Source of the DNA: Nemertoderma westbladi
Taxonomy: Eukaryota; Animalia; Xenacoelomorpha
Direction: 5' to 3'
Assembly (NCBI GenBank): GCA_032718475.1
Contig: JAUCBJ010006718.1
Span: forward strand, 1 to 64,000
DNA length: 64,000 nt
The notes below the pieces were generated by a model. The model was not told where the DNA came from. It made no database searches and worked only from the letters and a program-made list of their open reading frames with translations. Shown piece by piece: positions 25,623 to 38,040 of this stretch. A program made the position numbers and the translations under genes. Positions within the stretch are counted from its first letter, which is position 1; every line of letters starts with the position of its first letter.

Positions 25623-26153
25623 TTATTGGCTGGGTCTAGGGCATTTATCGTAATAATACCAAAGACGCACGTCTTGAAGGGGAAACGCGGGTGATCGCTC
25701 TCCAGTTTTACAATATTCCTCCATCTGTTCGAAGCTATCTGGAACGACAGGTAGCGGTCGATCGGCGGTAAGATACATCATCGTAAAATAGAGCCGTTTG
25801 AGTTCCATCATAGGGTCTGGATGTATACCTTGAGGATATCGAGTTTCGAGGTTTTGTTGACTGGCAATATTGAGATAGGTCTCTCTTAGGAATTCTAGAT
25901 AGTCGTTGAAGTCGCGACGTTTATCAGGTTCTTCAACGTCTTCCCTCTCGAGTCTGTTTCGAATAGAGTTCTCGTGTTCTATTCTCGATTTATCGTTTCG
26001 ACTCCGCTGGGTATGATATTTAAATAAAACCATTTCCCTTTCGGTGTCTATATCGTCGGTGTCGTGTAAATCAATAGGATGACCAGTAGTCAAGAAGTCC
26101 ATATACGTACCATTACGATGCGTATAGCGAGCGGTGAATTTTCCATAGTCCAA
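25623..26153 (-). CDS. Hypothetical accessory ORF in the 3' internal region of the LTR element
   Basis: 176-aa protein-like ORF, sense to gag; the same frame extends upstream past one TAA to an ATG near 26297. Confidence 0.45.
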   Translation of the reverse strand: MDYGKFTARYTHRNGTYMDFLTTGHPIDLHDTDDIDTEREMVLFKYHTQRSRNDKSRIEHENSIRNRLEREDVEEPDKRRDFNDYLEFLRETYLNIASQQNLETRYPQGIHPDPMMELKRLYFTMMYLTADRPLPVVPDSFEQMEEYCKTGERSPAFPLQDVRLWYYYDKCPRPSQ

Positions 26154-27972
26154 TTCACGCGTAAGTTACTTCCAGGAAATCGTAGGTTCGATATAACGAC
26201 CATCATCCTCCGTAGTAGTTGGACTAGTATCACCGCGTATCAAGCTATCAACAAACGCTTGAAAGTAGAGTATATCGCTCCCTGATACCAAGACCATCTT
26301 CTATCAACTCCGTCATATCTGCTATATATGAGTTTATTAATATTATAATGAGTTTATATTTAGGCTAGCGAGCGTCGCTGCCTACCCCAATCAGCCCCCG
26401 GACAGTGCGAGATCCTCAGCGCCGATGTGTCGTCGCCGCTGTACTTTCGCCAATGACGTAGCCGCACAACGACAACGACAACCGGCACAAGTCACTCGAC
26501 TGTCCGTCCCAAAGGCTTAGATACACCTCAGGTTCTTACTGGAGAGTTAGGGTTACTTTCACAATTGCGACTCGCTACTGTAAACACACCTTAGTAGTAA
26601 CATTCGCCTATAAACTCACAAATACCACACACACAACTTGTCACAAATTACACACACTCGGGTCACTTGTCCATTAGTCAGTGCCTTCCAGAATGTCACG
26701 TTATTATCATGTATCCTTGGATACTAGCAGTGCGCTATTTATCCCCTATGCCACCCAATGGGACAAGCCTTCTATTGTTCTTTTAACTCAATTCTAATTC
26801 TAGCGTGGTTGTTGCTATGGTGACATTATGCAAAGCTAGCGGTAGAATTAGGGTAATTCCAATGCATACAGATCTGGGATGTTATTTAATAGTAATTCTT
26901 TAATGGTCAATGTCCTGTTTTATACATGGTTTTATGAATTTTATCGGCTATTGACTATGTTTGGGAGACTTTCGCACACTCATACGCATAAGAAGATAAA
27001 TCTCTGCTCCCTTGATCTATTAATTAATGGAATTTTGGGAATGTTATAAATTGCGTAAAAATGGCAATTTATTAAATTCATTAAAAGGCATGAATTTAAA
27101 TTTATTCCCTGAAATTTTATTATTTGATAATTAAATTGACATGTTTTGATTCTAGAACATGTCTGGGGACACAAGATCCTTAATTCTATGAAAATTGTCT
27201 TTTTAAGAATATCGGTAAATGCTACGATGTCTTAATTGACTAGAATTGTTGAAGGATCTGAATTTTACAGATTTTGATTTATTAGATTTGCAAATATTAA
27301 ATAATTAATATTTGAGATGGGCACCGATTTATTCCAGAACTTGTCTGGGGACGTTAACCACTGATTCTAGAATTTGTCTTTCAAGTATATCGGTGGGTGC
27401 CGCGATATCTTAATCGACTAGAATTACAGATGGTCAAAAGGTTTAACAGATTTATTTGCGTTTCACGCTACTGTTAGAGGGACATCACGCTACTATATGT
27501 ATTATTTAATATACGGTATGAGAGCAATATCGCACGAAGCAATGTCAGTGTGAAGAGGCAAGTCGTTTCCAAGGTCTACCCAGAGCTTGGTTTAGCCGAG
27601 ACACGAGGATCTGAACTTTGCATTCCTAATACTCTGCCTACCAATAATACTTAAATATAGTAGTGGCTTTATTGTACTTTAATAAGTACGGATATTTCAT
27701 CTTACTGTAGTCACGTATTTATAATATGATATGGGCAGTAAGGAAAGAGAAAAAGAATTATTTCTCGCCGTCGCACTAAATATATAATATACGTAATTAA
27801 ATAATAAACGCGAATATATATTGCACTAATCTACTAAATAATCTCTAAAATACCATACTACTAAATAAAATTAAATAAAACGATTAAAATAAAATTACAT
27901 AATAATACATACATAAATATAAAAATAAAACAAATACAAAATAATAGAGTCACACACCCACTCCATATGTTG

Positions 27973-30078
27973 TTACGTTATGGAGTCCCTAGATGTTTGA
28001 AGGATTAGGGAGGTGGTCGTGGGAAGAGAATCTTGCCTTCCACAGTTTCCGGAGAGTCCTCCATTCCCTTCCGGTAAACACAAACGACCGACTGGGTGAT
28101 TTAGTCGCTGCATCCCGAATACAATTCCAGGTTTCCTCTTCGTCCTGGAATAGTGACGATAGAAACATCGCTCTAGGTACACGACGGCCTTACAAAGCCG
28201 ATTCCAGGAGCTATAGTGGTCCGTCGCTCCCTGCAGGAGAGGTGAGAGTCCCTGCGAGACATCTGATGTTCCAGAGCTCCAATCGCTCTCTCTGATCTTC
28301 ATGAAGGATCCACTCGCGGTGGGGAGCTCCAGATCCACGGCGTCGTCCCTGGCAATATGTAATACCGACAGATCTATCCCGGGTTCAAATAACTCCGATC
28401 CACCCGTCCGGGTTTTAGGTTTGACTTTCTCCGCTCCCTTGGCTGGTCTAATCTCAGTCGGAGTAAGATGGGGAGGCCATTCATCCTCCTTACTCAGGAA
28501 GTCGGGTTCACCTAACCGGTCTGTAGTATCTGTCAGTTCTTGAGGAGTTGCTCCTCTGGAAGCGATGTCAGTTGGATTAAACTTCTTGGGGCAATATCTC
28601 CATTGATCTACATTGGAGCTAATATCATCATTATCTGAGGAGTATGGTGTTCCCTCAGTTGGGTCGTCTCCCTCACTAGTATCATCTTCCCATTCACTCA
28701 CCTGGCAGACGCGATCTTGAAGCAGTCTTTCTCTGAGCGTTCTTCGGGAAGGTCCAGTAAGGTACCAACCTACTCTAGTTCTTACCGCATAGGTCTGAAG
28801 TGGTTGCGGTTGAGCAGGTCGTTTCTCCAATGTCTCCAGCGCCTCATGCGCGTTTTGACCGATTAATATTTGTACTCCAGGATAATCGGTGTCGAATCTA
28901 GGAATGTTAAGTTGTTGGGCATGATCATCTTCGTCCCAATTATAAGGTTCCACTTGGGTGGTAGCGAAGTTCTTTATTGCCACCATTTTGACTGACCTTA
29001 TACTGTGTTCTCCTAGTTTATCCTGTGGAGTGGACAACTCACCTATATAATAGTCGGCAGCCACAGCAGATTTCCAAACCTGCATGATCCCTGACATGTT
29101 TAGCTTGGTTCGGAACTTGGGTTGTCCAGCAAAGATGTCTTCGGCTAGTTCTTTATCGATGAATGTTCCTGTGCTGCCGGAGTCCAGGAGGGCGTTCACT
29201 ATATAGCTCTTCTGAGGTCCGTGGACCCGTAACTGGACTACAGGAAACTCTCGGATTCCTACATTTGAAGTTGGCGCTTTCCAAGATTGTTGTTGATCTG
29301 AAGTAGTTAGGGTGAGGTCGTTGTCTGTGTCTTTCTCATACATGAGTGCTCGATATACTGCGGTGGTGTTTATTAAGTAACAGGATTCGTTTTCGTCGGA
29401 GAACTCGTCCGTATAGAATCCTTCCATCTCAGATTGATCAGTGTCGTTCACATCACTGAATTGGACATGTAGTTCGGAATCACTCACCTGACTCGGACTA
29501 TTTCGCTCGAATTCAGTGTGCAACAAGATATGATGTTTCGCACCGCACTTTGCACACCTTGCGTCGGAGTAACAGGTTCGTCGTTGGTGTCCTCGTCTGA
29601 GGCAATTATAACACAACCGCTTATCCCACATGACTTCACGTCTGTCCTTTAGTGATTTCCTCAGGAATTCATCACACGCACTTAAACGGTGGGGCCCATC
29701 GCACAGCACACATTTGGGCTTGATGTTACTTACTTTAACATGTGCTGTGTGGTGCACGTTCGTTCTTTCCTCGGGCTTTCTCACCTGAATTCTTTTGGGA
29801 GACGTAGGAGGAGTTTTTCTTACCTGTTCTCTCCTGTCATTGGTTCGAGACTTAAATTTACTTACCTGGTCTTTAGGCGTTTTATTGACATAATAAGATC
29901 TTTCAGTGTCTTTCCCGCTATCCTCTCCTTGAGAAGTCTGGCTTTCGCCGTCGTCTGTATAACACACTGGTGTTACCCTTCTCCTAGAAACGGGTTTCTC
30001 ACTTACCTTGTTTTCCAGTGTCTTCTCTCTGGACTGCCTTAGGAGCTGTAATTTCACTTCTCTATCTAAGAATGACAT
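27973..30078 (-). CDS. BEL gag C-terminus (three Cys/His knuckles), aspartic protease, RNase H end remnant
   Basis: CVLCDGPHRLSAC, CYNCLRRGHQRRTC, CAKCGAKHHILLH; ALLDSGSTGTFI; WRYCPKKFNPTDIASRG. Confidence 0.9.
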   Translation of the reverse strand: MSFLDREVKLQLLRQSREKTLENKVSEKPVSRRRVTPVCYTDDGESQTSQGEDSGKDTERSYYVNKTPKDQVSKFKSRTNDRREQVRKTPPTSPKRIQVRKPEERTNVHHTAHVKVSNIKPKCVLCDGPHRLSACDEFLRKSLKDRREVMWDKRLCYNCLRRGHQRRTCYSDARCAKCGAKHHILLHTEFERNSPSQVSDSELHVQFSDVNDTDQSEMEGFYTDEFSDENESCYLINTTAVYRALMYEKDTDNDLTLTTSDQQQSWKAPTSNVGIREFPVVQLRVHGPQKSYIVNALLDSGSTGTFIDKELAEDIFAGQPKFRTKLNMSGIMQVWKSAVAADYYIGELSTPQDKLGEHSIRSVKMVAIKNFATTQVEPYNWDEDDHAQQLNIPRFDTDYPGVQILIGQNAHEALETLEKRPAQPQPLQTYAVRTRVGWYLTGPSRRTLRERLLQDRVCQVSEWEDDTSEGDDPTEGTPYSSDNDDISSNVDQWRYCPKKFNPTDIASRGATPQELTDTTDRLGEPDFLSKEDEWPPHLTPTEIRPAKGAEKVKPKTRTGGSELFEPGIDLSVLHIARDDAVDLELPTASGSFMKIRESDWSSGTSDVSQGLSPLLQGATDHYSSWNRLCKAVVYLERCFYRHYSRTKRKPGIVFGMQRLNHPVGRLCLPEGNGGLSGNCGRQDSLPTTTSLILQTSRDSIT

Positions 30079-30081
30079 GAG

Positions 30082-32579
30082 TCAGTAGGGATGAGTAGCC
30101 ATGACATCAGTCATGGTAGGGTCTCGTCGTTGTTGTTCCATCATATATAACACTTTCTTGTCCCAGCGTGTACCTACTCCACCCTTGGGCAAAGTAGATG
30201 CTAAGGCTCCTACAACCATAGAATTCTGGTATTCATGAGACTTACCTAGCCAATCTAATTGTCTACAGATCTCCTGAATCTCATCGGAAAACTCTATAAT
30301 CCCGCTGCTAAGAAACTTTCGGGGCGCCATTAATTTTGCATACAAATACCTAGCTATGTTATTCCTATTACCATACCTGATGTTTAGTGTATCCCAAACT
30401 TGTCTTAATCCGTCTGGATGTCCAATAAACTTTAACGCCATTAACTTGGGAGATCCTTCCAAGCACTCGATGATGAATCTAAGTTTCTCTCCATTAGATA
30501 GTACAGAGTTCTGTATGTTATCTTTGTAATATTCATTAAAAGGTAACCATTTCATCTCATCTCCATTGAACTTGACGATCTCTCCCACCTTTACCGCTTG
30601 TCGGGCTTCGGTTCTAGCCATTTGACGCGTAAAACTTTCTTGGGCCATCGTGTTATTTAATATCGAGTTATCGGTATATAAATTTCTCGGATTATGATCC
30701 GGTCTATAGGGAATATCATTATCAACAGGTCTATAATTACCCTTAATAGGGTTCACTATAGGAGTTTCTACTTCGCTAGCAGTATAGATGCATGTAGGCT
30801 CCACACCTTGCGCAGGAGATACTTCAGACCTAACAGGTTGACACTTTGTTACAGGGGGTGGTGGTATACCCTTTTGTGTATTTACTAATTTATCGCGTTC
30901 TAACGCGATACTTTGCTGCACTTCTTGCAACTCTAGCCTACTTTCCCTTACCGTGCCCTTGAATTGCTGAACGGTCTCCTGCATCTGTCCGAGCAGGAGA
31001 TCCATCCCCCGTCGTCTCTCATCCACCCATTCAACCGCCGAAGCAGGATTCGCCAACGTTGTAGCGGGCGGACGAGGGACAACGGGCAACAAATCATGAA
31101 TATTTCGCTCGGAGTCCAGGGCATGAGCTGTCTCATGGGCTGTTCTGCTGGGCACAGGTAGCTTAGTGCTGTGCAAAGGGAATTGAGAGGTAGTTTCAGG
31201 GAGTACAGGTGTCTCTACGACCGAAAGGGTGGCTTCGGGAACAGACCTAACTATTTCGGGCTCATCTACTATAGTAGGGAGTCTCTCTATTGTAATTATT
31301 TGGTCTGTGGGTTCTGTACTACCTAAGTTGGTGTTATTTAGTTGCCTTCTAACAGCTGGAGGCAAATCAGGCAATTTTTGACGGTGGGATGTTCTTTTAC
31401 GTCTGCTCAGGCAAGATCGATTTCCTTTGCCTTCAGTATCGGTGGTATCGCCTTCCTCAGATGATGTATAACCCTGTCTTTTGGGAGTAGATCGATTCAT
31501 CATCTGCATATTACTAGCTGTTAACTGTTTACTGAAGTCGTCTTGCTTCTCTTGAAGATTTTCCAACTCCAGTTGGGCGATCTCTTCAGCCGCTCTCCGT
31601 TCTGCTTCCGCCACCACTGCCGCTTTTGCCTCTGCCGCTGCTTCTGCTGCTGCCGCTTTTGCCTCTGCCGCTGCTTCTGCCAAGGTTGCTTTTCTTTCTG
31701 CCTCTGCCACTGCTGCTATCTTTCTGTCTTCTATACGTTTTTTCCTTACTTGTTCTTCTTGAACCTTAGCGATGCGGATGCTTTCATTGAATTTAGCTTG
31801 GTTCGCAGCTAACCTATCCACATCGATTGCATCCAACACATGCTGGGCTCCTTCACTATTAGGGCTAAGTCCGTCCAACCTTCTCCTCAACTCTTCATCA
31901 CCTACGAAACGCTGATAGTCTGACAGATAGATGTCAATGGCATCCCTCTTATGCGGTTTCTCTGCCGTCGCTTCACTTTCCACTTGGGAAAAAGTAGCGT
32001 CTGTTGATTCTCCATGGGTTGAGCGCTCCTCCAGCTGAGCTTTCCACTGAGTCGTTCCTTGCACCTGGAGGCTCACCCATTGAAACCAAGTCTTTACGGC
32101 AACTTGCAACGACGTGTCTTGTCTTCTTTTAGAAGCCTCCTCAAAGCCGATAAGATTAGCCTGATTCGTAGAATTCTTTCTCTAACTTGATAAAGCAGCT
32201 GTCCCTGCTCTTGAGGTCCTTGGGGTTGTTGAAACAGTTGTTTTTCTAATCGCTCCATGGAGCTCAAGAATCCCTGTACGTATCCGGCTGCGGACCTCTT
32301 CCACACAGCTGGATCGATGGTTTCCTTGGTTACTCCTATCCTGTGTATATCTTCCCAGGCAGCTTCTGATAAATCAAACGGGAGTCCGGGTCCGGGGAAG
32401 TTCCATTGCGACTCGACAATAGACTTCAGTTCTTCCCTTGTGTATCCCGCATAACTATCTTTAGTCGATCGCTTACTTCTCGCCCAATCGATCTGGTGTT
32501 CTTCCACCGCAATCAATAACCTAGTGAGTACGGCTGCAGGAAGGATGAGAAGGGGATCCGAATAAACCGCATCCATCAT
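30082..32579 (-). CDS. gag: BEL gag N-terminal part (ORFs 32094-32579 and 30082-32109, frameshifted)
   Basis: Coiled coil, Ala-rich repeats, DUF1759-like KFNGDEMKWLPF...LSNGEKLRFIIECLEG. Confidence 0.85.
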
Positions 32580-34850
32580 CTTTGCTCCGCGCTCGGGTGT
32601 CAGCTCTACAGTATCCTCACTACTGGAGCTGTCGGGCCGTTGAGAAATAAGTTATTGGCTCACGGGTTGTTGTTGTTCCGCTGCTTCTTGGTCCCGCTTG
32701 ACCTGAGCTCGAGTGCCTATGATAGACCTACGGTGTTGGATTAGCCTTAGGGTCTGATATTACTACAGGAGGGATGACTTTCCTTACAGTAGGAGGCGAA
32801 CTGAACTTAGATCTAGACGGTTCCACACCTCTATCTGTGTCGCAGATAGTTACATCTAATAAACTGTCTGACAGGTTCTGCTTAGTATCAGACATGTTTG
32901 TTTACACAGTTGAATGTCTACTGCTATATTACAGTCTAAGCAAGTCTAGTAATTCAGTGTTAACTGCTAGCCTAGTAATTAATTACCGATACTGCTACTC
33001 AGTGTAGCGTGATATATAATATATTAGTATACCGGTATGCATATAAGTATTATTACAGACTAGGTTTTTCACAGAAACCGGTATATAATTTTAGCACAAA
33101 TATATATAAATATATAATAGGCCTATCGTGAATACCGGTATGCAGTTTATACTTATAGTGTATATATATAAGTATAATTACAGACTAGAATTAATTACAG
33201 AATACCGGTATGATTTCAGCTTATATTTATAAAATAAAAATAATAAGCCTATTGTAACTACACATAACTACACAAAACTACACATAAGCTGTGCGCTCTC
33301 AGTGGAGTGCTACTTGTTAGACACTAAAACAAATAATTCTAATTTACCTAAGTTACTTAATACTACAAATTACGTACAATTCGGGTTGAGATTACAATCT
33401 CTAAATAAACACAAAAATTTGATTACAAATACACAAATACAAATTTTTAGGGTAATTTTACAAGAAGTCTACTAACCAGCCTAACAAAGGGTTAGAATAT
33501 CTGGTTATTACAACGGACAGGTTACTACGGTATTTGAAAATAATAAGTAGTAGTAAATATACTGCATTGTCCAGATAGGAAAATACCACCGCCTGACGAC
33601 CTATAACCGTATCGCTATAGGTACTACGTTATGTATCACGGAGTGTCCCTACCTAGAAGTTAATTACCGCGGTCTACCAGAACCAACGTGCCTATTAACC
33701 ACTTTACAACACAAATACACTGCCTACACACTAATTGCTTTCGGAAAGCACTGTACACTAAACCCTAAATTAGGTACAAGTACTTGTACAACAAATAATT
33801 AGTAGTTAAAAATACTTGAACAGCTAAAAGAACCACGGTATCTGCCGGAGTGACCAAAGCACAAAATCTCCAGTCTTTACCTACGCCGAGCAGCCCTGAT
33901 GTAGTACCGGGGTTAGTTTAACTATAACGGTATGTATAACAAACACAATTACTGTAGGAATAAACTTGGGGATATGAATGTTGCGAATAATCGCATAAAC
34001 TCTGAATAATAAATATTACGCTACGCGTACAGACTATTCAAACAAAATGCAGACCAAATACTGACAGACTACTATCAAGCCTAAACAAACTACGGTATAT
34101 GCAGACTCCAAAATGATTAGTTAGTATGCGTTCTAACCCAGTAGTACGACTTATTCTTTCACAGGGGGTTTACCTCACAGCACTTGAAGCCCCTACTTTC
34201 CTAACTTAGCACTTTATCGGACAGATGCTCTACACACACCGAAATTTCCTCAAACCCAACAACAGCCAGACAACTATCCAGCCTACAAATTATCTAAATA
34301 AAATTATACGCTACCCGTACAGACTACAAACAAAGTACAGACCAAACGCTGGCGGACTCCTATCAGGCCTAAATAAACCACAGGACACGCAGACTCCGAA
34401 ATGGTTAAGTAGTATGCGTTCTAACCCAGTAGTACGACTTATTCTTTAGATGGGGGTTTACCTTACAGCTATGGCTGCCCCTACTTCCTAACCGTTCTTT
34501 ATCGGACATACACTCTACATGCACTGCAATCCGTTCAGACCTAATCAACAGTTAGCCAACAGTCAAGCCTACAAATTATCTGTACAATCTGAGCAGGCTT
34601 ACACGCCTTCTGCTCAATACTGGCCTACAAATAAATAAAACTGACAGAAATAAGTAAAATCTCAATAAAAAACCAGGGCGGGCCCTCCCTGATTAATTAT
34701 TAAGGCCTACTGGTCTATAATAATCAAAATCGAATAATACTGCTATACCTGTACTGTAAGTACCGGTTCGGATGATCAGGCAGTCAGGCCTACTGGTTAC
34801 CGGTTGACCGGTACTTTCGACTAGATTGCTTACACCGCAATCCAGAAGCA

Positions 34851-34861
34851 ATATCCGTTAT
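34851..34861 (-). promoter_or_regulatory. Non-canonical primer-binding position, complementary to an LTR-internal 11-mer
   Basis: Element-sense ATAACGGATAT abuts the 5' LTR; its complement ATATCCGTTAT lies at 35620-35610. Confidence 0.55.
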
Positions 34862-36085
34862 TGTTCGCGCTTTCAGACCTTTGGCAGTTTAACCCGCCAA
34901 ATTAGGATGTCTTCTAGATAATAAATCGCTTTTAGCCTCTGACAAGTATTTGATTCACTACACTAGTTGAAACCAATCTGTGCGCGATCATTCACCCGCT
35001 GGATATACCCGGGAGATTGACTTCGACGGCTTAATCTTATTGCTATGTAAGCCTAATGTATTATTCGACTGACAGTATTATATAATCTCTGACAATATTA
35101 TTCACCTTCGGGGAATATTAACAGTTCCTTTTGGACGTGGCGCTCTATCTATATAAACAGAGCTATGACTTAAACTACATGCAACGATATGGCTTAGTTA
35201 CAATTCACATATATGGCGCATTCTTTAGGAAATGCTTCGTTATCAGTCTCACTCATACACAATGCTGCACAATACTGCACACTGATCTGCCGATCTTCAC
35301 TGATTTTAGTCACATATAAAAGGAACACAGACCGACTCATGTAGGGTCTATTAGATAACATTAGATTCACTTCAAACCACTTTAACATAAGTCACAATCG
35401 TTATATGTAACCTGTCTCTCTTACCTTCGGTATATCAAGAATATTGGGTTTTCGGGGTTATTTCTCGTTATTCCAAATATAATATTTCATCAACCATATA
35501 ATGAATAACCGACAGTAAATAGCAGTATAACGTTATAAAAGTATGCACGACAAGACCAGCCAAGCATTGAGTAAGTTGTTAACCATTGAGTTACCCAGTG
35601 TGATGTCAGATAACGGATATATGTCCTTATAAATAAGCCTACTAGTGTTAGGCTAAAAGCAGAAAAGCACAAATATTCCAAAAGCCTTTCTTTCTTGGCT
35701 CAGGACTGAATGATAACACTGCCCATAAAGCATTGCGTGATTTCTAGGAAATTTCTGTACAAGAACAGTAAAAACGCTCTGATTGGTTGACTGAACTGAG
35801 AGGCACCGTAGAACAAAGAAAATCGACACGTATACAGCTCAGCTGTTAACCGTCGTCATAGTAACTACTGTTTCAAGAGGATCTAGCTATTTTGCGTCAT
35901 AGAATTGCCATAGAATCACCAACCATGTCCCCCAAAGTACACATACGGAAGAAATAGCTCTTAGGTCCTCTAAAAAACACCGATACAGCAATAATACGGC
36001 CTCTTACGCCTACTAAACCAACTACAGAGTATTTTACGGGAAAAATAAGGAAAAATAACCGGGCAATTCCGCAAAAGCTTTTACA
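34862..36085 (-). repeat. 5' LTR
   Basis: Direct repeat of 23497-24720. Confidence 0.97.
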
Positions 36086-36400
36086 TGGACTCTGTGGCCA
36101 GCTGCTGGCTTGGTTGACTGACTGCTTTCCTTACCAACCCAGTGCAACTGGACTCTATGGCCAGCTGCTGGCTTGGTGGACTGACTGCTTTCCTTACCAA
36201 CCGAGTGCAACTGGACTCTGTGGCCAGCTGCTTGCATGGTTGACTGACTGCTTTCCTTACCAACCGTGTGCAACTGGACTCTATGGCCAGCTGCTGGCTT
36301 GGTTGACTGACTGCTTTCCTTACCAACCGTGTGCAACTGGACTCTATGGCCAGCTGCTGGCTTGGTTGACAGACTGCTTTCCTTACCAACCGATTGCAAC
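36086..36400 (+). repeat. Remaining 5 units of the 63-bp array
   Basis: 315 bp = 5x63, running into CR1 RT (SVISGVPQGS). Confidence 0.95.
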
Positions 36401-36564
36401 CAGCTGTAGTTAATGGGGCTCTGTTCCCATTCTGTGTCTGTCATCAGTGGGGTCCCTCAAGGGAGCGGGATTGCGCCTTTATTGTTCATTATATCGTGCA
36501 ATATACTCTTCCAACAATTCCATTTCACTTCAAAGGGATATTATATTGACTCTTTGGTATCATG
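36401..36564 (+). pseudogene. Decayed CR1 RT, middle fragment
   Basis: SGVPQGSGIAPLLFI motif. Confidence 0.8.
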
Positions 36565-37717
36565 TGTTGGGGTTCCCGAAGGATTGATAAAGAGTTTTTA
36601 GTATAAGATGTGGAATATAATAACAATAATCTTATAGTATATGTAATATATAAACAGAGCTATTCCTACAGTATAAGTATACATATTGGCAATATATTAT
36701 TGAAAGTTTTACGACAACAAAAAACAACAACAATGAATATCAAAAGAGTAAATGGTAAAGAGTAAACCTCAATAGATAAATCAGCTGTTAATTAATGTAA
36801 CAATGTGACAATTATAATACATTAAAGTAAGCCTATGTATAATGGTAAATTGCCAACTAATAATCATGACAACATAATGTTTCGAAAAAGTATGGGAAGA
36901 ATATTTATAAAAGCTAATATAAATCTCCAACATCTCCCCACCATGAATATGTAATATTCATACATGAGTTTGATATGCAAAAAATAATTATATTCCACTA
37001 TGTAATGGTATTCTATAATTATACTGTAACTAGAAAGACATTTCCTAAAGGAAATGCAACCACGAAGCTAAGGAAAATTAAATAAAGGGCCACAATTTGG
37101 TTTGTTGCTTAGCCTAGTTTGGTAGCATTTGCCAATAAATAACTTATATTCCCATGGAAACTAGAATTCTCTGGAACTGTTGGTTTTACCTTTGAAAAAA
37201 GATTCAGTCCAGATTGTTGTTCAGATAATACATATACTGAGTTTCAGAAATTATTGTAGTTTATGCCCAAATTACCGATTTTCTATCAAAATGCATCTGT
37301 TTGCAGTGGTTGTCATGGAAACTGAAAAATAGAACAATGTAATTCGGATGCAGAATAAGTCATATAGTGGGGGTAGGTCTTGGTCCCAAGTCACAATTCT
37401 ATTAACTTGTGTTTAAAATTATCATTTTAGAAATTTTAACATCTGTTTAGTCTTGTTGCTATGGTAATTGGATTGTGTAATTAACCTCGAATGGATTGTA
37501 TATGATTGATTACAGATGAGTTGCGATTTACTCAGATGAGATTTATATTTATTACATTATTTTGCTACAAATAGAGTATTGAATTTAGACTTGAATGATA
37601 TAGACTTTAATAAACCGCAGGTACCATGGTAACAAGATATTTCTGGAATGTTTTCAGTTTCACTAAAAGTTCCAACTAATGGTCCAGCTAACACATTCCC
37701 AGTTTCGTAAAATTTTA

Positions 37718-38040
37718 TCGGCTTCCACCTCGAGGTCCCAGGTTCGAATCCGACACCACGCTGATGAGACCCAGTAAGGTCGAAACGCGTACGTGGTTTG
37801 GAGAGATATGAGATATTAATTTCAAGAAAAATTACGCGATTCTTAAATTTGTACACTACCCGGTTAAAAAGTACGCATGTGATGGGATTATTCCTACAAT
37901 TGCGCCAATAAAAGATAAGTTATTTTCGGTAAAATAAACTTATCATTCGAGGTAAAGACCCCTAGATCCCTTCCTATAATAAATGTATAATAACAAACAC
38001 CTCGAAAAATACAGCTTGCCAACACATTGTTATTATCAAT
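37718..38040 (+). mobile_element. 5'-truncated copy of the tRNA-hammerhead retrozyme
   Basis: Near-identical to 60860-61124 continuing as 60715-60771. Confidence 0.85.
37755..37797 (+). ncRNA. Minimal type I hammerhead ribozyme
   Basis: accacg-CTGATGA-gacc-cagtaa-ggtc-GAAA-cgcg-TA-cgtggt: stems I and II pair perfectly, conserved core intact. Confidence 0.9.

Larger units (their letters stand above)
23497..36085 (-). mobile_element. Young non-autonomous BEL/Pao LTR retrotransposon (gag-protease only)
   Basis: Two 1224-bp TG...CA LTRs, TSD TGGAC (23492-23496, 36086-36090), purine tract ctgggagcgg at 24721-24730 on minus strand. Confidence 0.95.
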
